Shown here one piece after another: positions 47,887 to 54,979 of a DNA stretch of 54,979 nucleotides. The DNA lies in the NCBI GenBank assembly GCA_964523545.1, contig CAZFZM010000003.1:1661-56639 (forward strand), given 5' to 3'. Both the position numbers and the translations under genes were made by a program. Within the stretch, counting starts at the first letter, position 1. The number at the start of each line of letters is the position of its first letter. Origin of the DNA: an uncultured Thermotogae bacterium (GTDB lineage Bacteria; Bipolaricaulota; Bipolaricaulia; UBA7950; UBA9294). Under the pieces are notes generated by a model, which saw only the letters and a program-made list of their open reading frames with translations, made no database searches and had not been told where the DNA came from.

Positions 47887-48849
47887 ATGACGGATCGGGA
47901 AACCGTTCTTGAGAACGAGCACTTCCGGGTTGAACGACTCGCCGACGGCCTCTTCGCCGTTCTGAACACCCTCGAAGGCGGGGCGATGAGCAACGCCGGG
48001 ATCGTCGATCTCGGTGACGAGACGCTCGTCTTCGACGCGCTTCTGACGCGAGCCGCCGCGACGGAGCTTCGAAAGGCCGCGGTCGAACTGACCGGGCGCG
48101 CGCCGCGATACGTCGTGAACAGCCACGCTCACGGCGATCACGTCTGGGGAAACGGTGCCTTCCTCCCGGAGGCGACGTTCCTCTCGAGCCGCGATACGAC
48201 GGCGATGATCGCGTCGGAGGATCGCGCGTCGATCGACCCCGAGGATCTGGTCGCCGAGCTTGCGACGCTCGAGCAGAGCCACCGTGAAGCGACCGACGAG
48301 GCTGTGCGACGGTCGATCGCGGCCGACCTGCATTCGCAACGGTGGTTGCTCGAGGAGCTCCCCCTTCTCGTCGTCGCTCCAACCGTGACCTTCGGCGATC
48401 GCGTCTGGATCCGCGGAACGAAGAGGTCCGTGTCGGTCGATGTCGTCGACAAGGCCCACACGGCAGGGGACGTCTACCTCCATTGCCCCGAAGAAGGTGT
48501 CGTCTTCCTCGGGGACCTTGGCTTCTTCTCCGAGTTCCCGGCGTACATCGCACCGCAGGGGAACGCCGCGGCCTGGTCGCGCACGCTCCGACACCTCGAG
48601 GCGCTGGACGTCGATTGCTTCGTGCCGGGGCACGGACCGATCGGCGACACGCAGAATCTTCGAAGCCAACGGACGTTTCTGGACGCCGTTGTCGACGTTG
48701 CGGGAAAGGTAGCGGAGGCGAGGGGAACCGTCGAAGACGTCGTCGACCGGATGCGGGGGACCGAGTACGCGAGGTGGGCGGCGCTGCCGCTTTTCGTCTC
48801 GAGCCTTCGGTCGACGCTGGAGCAGGTACGCGGTCGGTTCGAATCGTGA
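47887..48849 (+). CDS. Metallo-beta-lactamase-fold hydrolase (cyclase-like)
   Basis: SNAGIV, NSHAHGDHVWGN, AHTAGD, FLGDL, VPGHG. Confidence 0.9.
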   Translation: MTDRETVLENEHFRVERLADGLFAVLNTLEGGAMSNAGIVDLGDETLVFDALLTRAAATELRKAAVELTGRAPRYVVNSHAHGDHVWGNGAFLPEATFLSSRDTTAMIASEDRASIDPEDLVAELATLEQSHREATDEAVRRSIAADLHSQRWLLEELPLLVVAPTVTFGDRVWIRGTKRSVSVDVVDKAHTAGDVYLHCPEEGVVFLGDLGFFSEFPAYIAPQGNAAAWSRTLRHLEALDVDCFVPGHGPIGDTQNLRSQRTFLDAVVDVAGKVAEARGTVEDVVDRMRGTEYARWAALPLFVSSLRSTLEQVRGRFES

Positions 48850-48863
48850 AGGAGGTGTCCGAC

Positions 48864-49301
48864 GTGGACTACCGACGGATGACGTCGCCGTGTGGGTTGG
48901 ACTGCTTCAACTGCCTGGCTCACCTGGCGATGGACGACGACGAGCAGCGCGCCCGGTGGTCGGAGATCACGGGAAAGCCCCTGGAAGAGGCGTTCTGTCG
49001 GGGGTGTCGCGACGAGGGCGGGGCGATCTCCCTGTTCGGGCGAACCGAGCCGTGCGCCGTCTGGACGTGTATCCATGCGAAGGGGCACGAGCACTGCTGC
49101 GAGTGCAACGACTTCCCGTGCGACAACCTCCAGCCGTACGCCGACCGGGCGGCCGCCGTCCCGCACAACACGAAGGTCTTCCATCTCTGTCTGATCAAGC
49201 GGATGGGACTGGAGCGCTGGGCAACGGAGAAGGCGAAGGACGTGCGCGATGCCTACTTCTCCGCTCCGTTCGGGTCGCGCGGCGGGACCTGCGGATCGTA
49301 A
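48864..49301 (+). CDS. DUF3795-family Cys-rich protein
   Basis: PCGLDCFNC, CRGCR, C.VWTC, HCCECNDFPC; AGGAGG RBS. Confidence 0.85.
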   Translation: MDYRRMTSPCGLDCFNCLAHLAMDDDEQRARWSEITGKPLEEAFCRGCRDEGGAISLFGRTEPCAVWTCIHAKGHEHCCECNDFPCDNLQPYADRAAAVPHNTKVFHLCLIKRMGLERWATEKAKDVRDAYFSAPFGSRGGTCGS

Positions 49302-49322
49302 TCGGGATTGCGAAGGAGGTCG

Positions 49323-49799
49323 ATGAAGGAAGTGAGCGCCTATCCGGAGGTTCCGCTGACCGGCGCGACGATCGAGCGACTCGACTGGATGATCGGGCGC
49401 TGGGCGGCCAGTGAGGGCAATACGAGGATCGAGGAGATCTGGTCTCCCCCGGACGCGGGGATCATGATGGGCACCTTCCGCTGGCTCGAGGGCGGCGAGC
49501 CGTCCTTCTACGAGTTCATGCTCCTCAAACCCGGTTCGGCGGGGCTGGAGCTGCACATCAAGCACTTCGGTCCTGACCTCGTCGGCTGGGAGGAGAAGGA
49601 GACGTCGACCGCGTTCGATCTGGTGCGTGTGGACGGCCGAGAGGCCGTCTTCCATCCGCGGGCGGCGGGGAGATCAGGGTGGGCGGTCTACCGGATCGCG
49701 GACGACGGATGGCTCGAATTCGAAGAGGTGAACGAGGAAGAGACCTCGGAGCCGGAGCTCCTGCTCCGATTCGAACCGTCCCCACTGGTGCAGAAGTAG
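49323..49799 (+). CDS. DUF6265-like protein
   Basis: LDWMIGRW, EEIWSPP..G.MMGTFR, FYEFM, KHFGPDL.GWEEK. Confidence 0.75.
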   Translation: MKEVSAYPEVPLTGATIERLDWMIGRWAASEGNTRIEEIWSPPDAGIMMGTFRWLEGGEPSFYEFMLLKPGSAGLELHIKHFGPDLVGWEEKETSTAFDLVRVDGREAVFHPRAAGRSGWAVYRIADDGWLEFEEVNEEETSEPELLLRFEPSPLVQK

Positions 49800-49829
49800 G
49801 TGGATCGACAAACGGAAGGAGGCGTGTCG

Positions 49830-50648
49830 ATGGCGAAGGACCTGTTCGACTACGACCGCACGGTGTCGCTCGACGTTCGGCCGGTTGGCTCACGCGAGCA
49901 CGAAGGGTGGATCGGGTCGGAGCTGACGTACGCAACGCCGTTCGATCGGCGGCGTGCCGCGTACGTCGTTCGGCCGCCCGGCGACGGTCCGTTCCCGGTG
50001 GCCCTGTACGTCCACTGGTACGAACCGGCGGCACCGGACTCGAACCGGACCCAGTTCTTCGAAGAGGCGCAGACGATGGCGAAACGGGGCGCGCTGTCGC
50101 TTCTGATCGAGACGATGTGGTCCGACCGCGACTACTTCCTCAAGCGAACCCAAGCCGACGACCGTCGGATGTCGATCGAGCAGGTGATCGAGCTTCGTCG
50201 CGCGATGGACCTGTTGCTCGACCAGCCCGGCGTCGATCCGGAACGGTTCGCGTACGTCGGGCACGACTTCGGGGCCATGTACGGAGTCGTGATGGGAAGC
50301 GTCGACCCGCGACCGTCGTGCTACACACTGATGGCGGGGACGCCGAGGTTCTCTGACTGGTTCCTCTACTACCCGCGTCTCGAAGGGGAGGAGCGGGAGG
50401 CGTTCATCGAGGAGATGCGCGTGCTCGATCCGATCGACCGGGTGGAACGGCTCGCTCCGGCGCCGATCCTGTTCCAGCTTGCGAAAGACGACTTCCACGT
50501 GCCGGTCGGGCGCGGGGAGGAGTTCTTCGCCGCCGCCGGGGAACCGAAGGAGCTTCGCTGGTACGACGCGAAGCACGGTCTCAACGACGAGGCGACCGCT
50601 GATCGGATCGCTTGGGTGACCGAGCAGCTCGGTCTGGAGGGCGCGTAG
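49830..50648 (+). CDS. Alpha/beta hydrolase (dienelactone-hydrolase/esterase-like)
   Basis: PPGDGPFP..LYVHW, RRAMDLL..PGVDPER, VGHDFG, FQ..DD..VP, WYDAKHGL. Confidence 0.85.
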   Translation: MAKDLFDYDRTVSLDVRPVGSREHEGWIGSELTYATPFDRRRAAYVVRPPGDGPFPVALYVHWYEPAAPDSNRTQFFEEAQTMAKRGALSLLIETMWSDRDYFLKRTQADDRRMSIEQVIELRRAMDLLLDQPGVDPERFAYVGHDFGAMYGVVMGSVDPRPSCYTLMAGTPRFSDWFLYYPRLEGEEREAFIEEMRVLDPIDRVERLAPAPILFQLAKDDFHVPVGRGEEFFAAAGEPKELRWYDAKHGLNDEATADRIAWVTEQLGLEGA

Positions 50649-50756
50649 GCGGCGCGCCATGACGATCGCGGAACCTCTCTCTCAAGAGCCAGAAGTGGGC
50701 TTCTCAGCTGGGACGGACCGCGTGTTGATCGCCCCTTGTCTTGGAAAGGAGAAGCA

Positions 50757-51974
50757 TTGAGCGCCAAGGAAGCTAGACGTCGATGGGGCGCCGTGGCGGC
50801 CTCTGTCCTCGTCGTCCTCTGCTGCGCGTCGCTTGTCGCGACGGCTCAGATGGCCCCGTCGGGGCACGTTCGGTCGATCATCCTGATGATCGGCGACGGG
50901 ATGGGCGTCGGGCAGATCGAAGCGGCGAGATGGACGCTGGTTGGCCCGAACGGAGATCTGATCATGGACAAGCTGACCGTCCAGGACGGGTGGGCCCGCA
51001 CCGACGAACTTTCGGGGCTGACGACGGACTCCGCCGCGGCGATCACGGCGATTGCGACCGGCCACAAGACGAGAAACGGCTACCTGAGCGTCGATGCGGA
51101 TGGGGAGCCGCTCACCACAATCCTGGAAATGGCGCAGGCCGCCGGGAAGGCCGTCGGACTCGTGACGTCCGTACCCCTCGCGCATGCAACGCCTGCGGGG
51201 TTCGCGGCCCATAACCGCGATCGGAATCAGTACACGACGATCGCCGAGGACATGCATGAAGCCGGAGTGGATGTTCTACTCGGAGGTGGCGCTGAGCACT
51301 TCCTTCCGTATCGAACGACATGTGGTTGCGGATGGTCCGGCTGGAGGACGGACGGGCGCGATCTCGTCGCGGAGGCCGAGAGTGTCGGTTACGTCTTTGC
51401 CTGCGATACCCAAGGACTTGCGGAGATCGACACGTCCACGGTAGACCGATTGCTCGGGCTGTTCGCCGACGAGGAAATGCATCGTCCGCTCAGTCCGTCC
51501 CTCGCGGAGATGACGCGTGTCGCGATCGAGATCCTGTCCCGTGACCCCGACGGCTTCTTCCTCATGGTCGAGGGAGGCCTGATTGACTGGGTCTGCCACG
51601 ACAATGACGCGGAGGCGGCAATCGAGCTGACGATTGGCTTTGACGCGGCCGTCGGGATCGCCCTCGAGTACGTTCGAGTCGCCGGTGACACACTACTCGT
51701 CGTCACCGCAGACCACGAGACCGGCGGGATGAGCGTTTCGATGGAGTCGAGTCACTACTTGCGAGAAGACGGCCCGTTTGACATGCCGGACGGCCGTTCG
51801 TTCTACGTCAATTGGTTACACACCTATCACACCGACGCGGACGTCCCGGTTCGTGCGGAAGGTCCGTCCGCGGCTCTGCTATCTGGGACGTACGAGAACA
51901 CCCACATCTTCTACGTCATGGCGGAAGCCTTCGGATTCCCCGTCTCGGAAGAAACGGCTTCGGAGAGCGAGTGA
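50757..51974 (+). CDS. Alkaline phosphatase (PhoA family), exported
   Basis: Signal peptide; IGDGMG, TDSAAA, HATPA.F.AH, VEGGLIDW.CH, VTADHETGG, HT. Confidence 0.93.
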   Translation: MSAKEARRRWGAVAASVLVVLCCASLVATAQMAPSGHVRSIILMIGDGMGVGQIEAARWTLVGPNGDLIMDKLTVQDGWARTDELSGLTTDSAAAITAIATGHKTRNGYLSVDADGEPLTTILEMAQAAGKAVGLVTSVPLAHATPAGFAAHNRDRNQYTTIAEDMHEAGVDVLLGGGAEHFLPYRTTCGCGWSGWRTDGRDLVAEAESVGYVFACDTQGLAEIDTSTVDRLLGLFADEEMHRPLSPSLAEMTRVAIEILSRDPDGFFLMVEGGLIDWVCHDNDAEAAIELTIGFDAAVGIALEYVRVAGDTLLVVTADHETGGMSVSMESSHYLREDGPFDMPDGRSFYVNWLHTYHTDADVPVRAEGPSAALLSGTYENTHIFYVMAEAFGFPVSEETASESE

Positions 51975-52032
51975 CGATCGGATCGAGCGGGACCTCGTCC
52001 GCTTGGGCTGGGAAGCGCGTCGGAGACGTGGC

Positions 52033-52974
52033 ATGACGGCTCCGACAGGCCCCGGGCCGAGGCTCGGTCACGGAATGGCCCATGACGCGCGTAACGGCCT
52101 CACGATCCTCTTCGGCGGGTTCGACGAGGCCGGCACTCCACTCGGCGACACGTGGGGGTGGGATGGGATCGCGTGGCGGCTCCTGGCGGCCGACGGTCCT
52201 CCGGCCCGGAAATGGCCGGCGATGGCGTACGACGAAGCTCGAGGTGAGATCGTCCTGTTCGGCGGACTCGGCGGTACCGGAAGGGCGCAGCCCCCGTTCG
52301 GCGACACGTGGCGGTGGACCGGCTCGGCATGGCGCGAAGCAAGGGCGGCGGGGCCGGGCCCAAGGGATCACGTTCGGACGGCCTGGGACCGGAAAACCGA
52401 GCGGCTGATCCTGTTCGGCGGGTTCGACGGCAACAAGGCCGCTGGCGACACGTGGGCGTGGGACGGAAAGCGTTGGGAGCCGGTGGCCGCGGACGGTCCG
52501 CCGCCGCGCGCAGCGCACGCGATGGCCCACGCCCCAAACGACGGCTCGATCGTCCTGTTCGGGGGGCGGTCGCTGGAGCGGTTCTTCGGCGACACGTGGC
52601 GGTGGGACGGGAACGGGTGGATGCAGGTCAGCGACGAAGGGCCGTCCCCGCGTGCCTTCCACGGGATGGCGCCTTCGGTATCAGAGAGAATGGTCCTTCT
52701 CTTCGGAGGATGGGAAGGTCCTCCGGCGCAGCGGACGTACTTCGATGACACGTGGTCGTGGAGCGGTGTCGGCTGGGAGCGTTTTGAGGGTGAGAGCCCT
52801 CCAGCGGGAGGCGTCTACGCGATGACGAACGACTTGGTCGACCGCGGCGTGCTCTTCCACGGTGGGGGGCGTAAGGCCGACGACACCGCGTGGTGTCTAG
52901 AGGACCGGACGTGGCTTCACCGCGACGGCCGGTGGACGGCGCTGGATTCGTTTTGTGGCGGGAGTCCTCTTTGA
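52033..52974 (+). CDS. Kelch-repeat beta-propeller protein
   Basis: Six repeats GP..R..H.MA.D....LFGG....GDTW.W.G..W. Confidence 0.9.
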   Translation: MTAPTGPGPRLGHGMAHDARNGLTILFGGFDEAGTPLGDTWGWDGIAWRLLAADGPPARKWPAMAYDEARGEIVLFGGLGGTGRAQPPFGDTWRWTGSAWREARAAGPGPRDHVRTAWDRKTERLILFGGFDGNKAAGDTWAWDGKRWEPVAADGPPPRAAHAMAHAPNDGSIVLFGGRSLERFFGDTWRWDGNGWMQVSDEGPSPRAFHGMAPSVSERMVLLFGGWEGPPAQRTYFDDTWSWSGVGWERFEGESPPAGGVYAMTNDLVDRGVLFHGGGRKADDTAWCLEDRTWLHRDGRWTALDSFCGGSPL

Positions 52975-53027
52975 CGGCAGGACGTCGACGGGGAACCGGC
53001 GCGCTCGGTTCGAAAGGAGCATCGCAG

Positions 53028-54005
53028 ATGCCAGATGAGCTTCGCGAGACGTGGGAGGCCGTTCAGAAGGCCGAGACGAGGTTGGTGCAGACGGGGGTGC
53101 GGCTGCGCCCGAAGGACGCACCGGATCTCCGGGAGGGACTGGAGATCGCTCCGGAATTGCGGCAGGTGTTCGCGCGCACCGTCTACGGCTTCGACCCGAT
53201 GCGAATCCGCGTGGAGGACTACCTGGTTCGCTATCCGTTCTCCAGCGCCGACGCGATCGAGCAGCAGCTCCAAGCGCTCGTCGAGGCCGGCGTCTTCAAA
53301 GGCCCTCACGGGGACGCGTACGCCGTGACCGACGAGGCCGAGGCGCACTTGAGGCTGCACACGGAGCGTGTCGGCGAATCGATCGATCGACTCGATCTCG
53401 GAGACGTCGGCGAGGGACGGGTTCAGAAGATTCTCGCCTACGATCATCGGATCCTCGACGGGATCCGCGAAAGCACCGTGCGCGCTCCGAGTCCGATCTT
53501 CGAGCATCGCCTGATGGGTCTGCACCCGGAGTACGATCCGCCGAAGCGCTGGCATCATTGGCAGCTCGCCTGGACGATGATCGCCTCGCACGAAGACGCG
53601 GAGCAGCAGGTTCGCGTCGATCGCGGCATCGAGCCGCTGGTCTGGTTCGCACGCCACGAATTGTGGTTCACCGAACGCCGGCCGCATCGCGCGCGGATGC
53701 GTTCGTGCGCCGACCTCGCCCGCGTCGCGGAGCGGTACGCTCCGCTGGAGAACGCGGAGAAGGACTGCCGGGCCACGATCGAGACGATGCGAGAGCGAGG
53801 TTGGATCGAAGGAAAGGGCGACGCGTGCCGGTTGACCGAGCAGGAGCTGGAGCGAGCCAATCGTGACGAGGCCGAAGTCGAGGAGATCTTCCTTTCCCGC
53901 TGGCCGGACTTCACGGGCACCGAGATCGCTGAGATGCGCGAGATCGCCGACGCGATCAACCGCCGATGCGAACAGCTGGTCGCCCAGGCCGAAGAGGAGC
54001 AGTAG
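53028..54005 (+). CDS. Hypothetical protein (paralog of 43413..44396)
   Basis: AAGGAG RBS; EDYLVRYPFSS, WHHWQLAWT, PLVWFAR..LWF. Confidence 0.75.
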   Translation: MPDELRETWEAVQKAETRLVQTGVRLRPKDAPDLREGLEIAPELRQVFARTVYGFDPMRIRVEDYLVRYPFSSADAIEQQLQALVEAGVFKGPHGDAYAVTDEAEAHLRLHTERVGESIDRLDLGDVGEGRVQKILAYDHRILDGIRESTVRAPSPIFEHRLMGLHPEYDPPKRWHHWQLAWTMIASHEDAEQQVRVDRGIEPLVWFARHELWFTERRPHRARMRSCADLARVAERYAPLENAEKDCRATIETMRERGWIEGKGDACRLTEQELERANRDEAEVEEIFLSRWPDFTGTEIAEMREIADAINRRCEQLVAQAEEEQ

Positions 54006-54016
54006 GAGGTCGAGTC

Positions 54017-54829
54017 GTGAAGGTCTATCTGAGCGTCGACATGGAAGGGATCGCCGGGATCACGCATTGGGACGAGGCCGAGAAAGGGAAGCCCGAGTAC
54101 GAGGAGTTCCGAGCGCAGATGACCGCGGAAGCCGCGTCAGCCTGTGAAGGGGCCCTCGCAGCCGGTGCGAAGAAGATCTGGGTCAAGGACGCGCACGACA
54201 CGGGGCGGAACCTGATTCCTTCGAGGCTTCCGCGTGAAGTCCGACTCGTCCGGGCATGGAGCGAAGACCCGCTCCCGATGATGCAGGAACTCGACGACAC
54301 GTTCGACGCCGCGATGATGGTCGGATATCACGCCGGGGCCGGACGCGCGGCGAGCCCGCTCGAGCACACGTACACGCGTCGCTTCACGCACGTCAGGTTG
54401 AACGGCAAGGACGCCTCCGAGTTTCTCCTGAACGCCTACTACGCGGCGTATCGAGGGGTCCCTGTCGTCCTTGTGGCGGGCGACGAACGGCAATGCGACG
54501 AGGCGAGAGAGCTCGTCCCCCAGATCGCAATCGTTCCGGTCATGCACGGGATCGGCAGTTCGACGGTGAGCGTCCACCCGCTCCTCGCCTGCGAACGGAT
54601 CCGTGACGCGGCCGAGGCCGCGCTGCGCGGAGACCTCTCCGCGTGCCGGATCGATCTCCCGGAGCAGTTCGAGGTGGAAATCGGCTTCCAGCGGCACGCG
54701 ACCGCTCACCGGATGTCGTTCTACCCCAGGGCCGCGCGGAGCGGCCCGGCGGCGATCTCGTATGAGACCGACGACTACTTCGACGTAAAGCGTCTTCTCC
54801 TCTTCGCAATGCTTGCCGCGTGGTCGTAG
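54017..54829 (+). CDS. dppA: D-aminopeptidase, M55 family
   Basis: VYLSVDMEGIAG, DAH, GYHA, LEHT, VAGD. Confidence 0.9.
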   Translation: MKVYLSVDMEGIAGITHWDEAEKGKPEYEEFRAQMTAEAASACEGALAAGAKKIWVKDAHDTGRNLIPSRLPREVRLVRAWSEDPLPMMQELDDTFDAAMMVGYHAGAGRAASPLEHTYTRRFTHVRLNGKDASEFLLNAYYAAYRGVPVVLVAGDERQCDEARELVPQIAIVPVMHGIGSSTVSVHPLLACERIRDAAEAALRGDLSACRIDLPEQFEVEIGFQRHATAHRMSFYPRAARSGPAAISYETDDYFDVKRLLLFAMLAAWS

Positions 54830-54924
54830 TGAGGGTCGGACGGGGCCAAGGGGGCGTCGGAGAAAGCATCTGTGTGTAGGTTTGAATTCCCGACGGACCG
54901 AAGTCGATTCAGGAAGGAGCCGAT

Positions 54925-54979
54925 GTGAGCTTCGAGCGACCGACGTTTCGTGAGAAGGTGGGAATGCGGCTGGAGGCGG
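54925..54979 (+). CDS. Start of unknown CDS (runs off window edge)
   Basis: AGGAAGGAG RBS then GTG, open to edge: VSFERPTFREKVGMRLEA. Confidence 0.45.
   Translation, partial: MSFERPTFREKVGMRLEA

Overview
High-GC bacterial chromosomal window. The gene families suggest a Bipolaricaulota/Acetothermia-like anaerobe, which is inference only. Four blocks are visible. (1) 1-8.1 kb: two tandem Wzz-like genes, a long-form sugar-1-P nucleotidyltransferase, a PorV/UPF0164-like beta-barrel, and two exported proteins that both end in a peptidase-G2-like (ADVAE) autochaperone domain. These two genes are separated by a four-helix-bundle (IVS/bAvd-like) gene enclosed by inverted 7-nt-periodic repeat arrays, and a third array lies inside the upstream CDS. 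(2) 8.2-22.2 kb: an unannotated decayed IS1595 transposase, followed by a visibly lower-GC Wzx/Wzy glycan cassette (rmlA, rmlB, acyltransferases, FdtA/FdtB-like, GTs, AsnB-like). (3) 22.3-35.8 kb: nucleotide-sugar dehydrogenase, epimerases and PglC/D/E/F-like genes, with an embedded 3-hydroxybutyryl-CoA dehydrogenase + thiolase pair, an ATP-grasp protein and an Sfp-type PPTase. (4) 35.8-55 kb: PAS-GGDEF, ArsR regulator, TPR, MFS, three aldo/keto reductases, an aldehyde:ferredoxin oxidoreductase, hydrolases, alkaline phosphatase, a kelch protein, DppA and two paralogous unknown proteins. No rRNA, tRNA or CRISPR was recognised. All calls come from motif recognition by eye; no searches were run.
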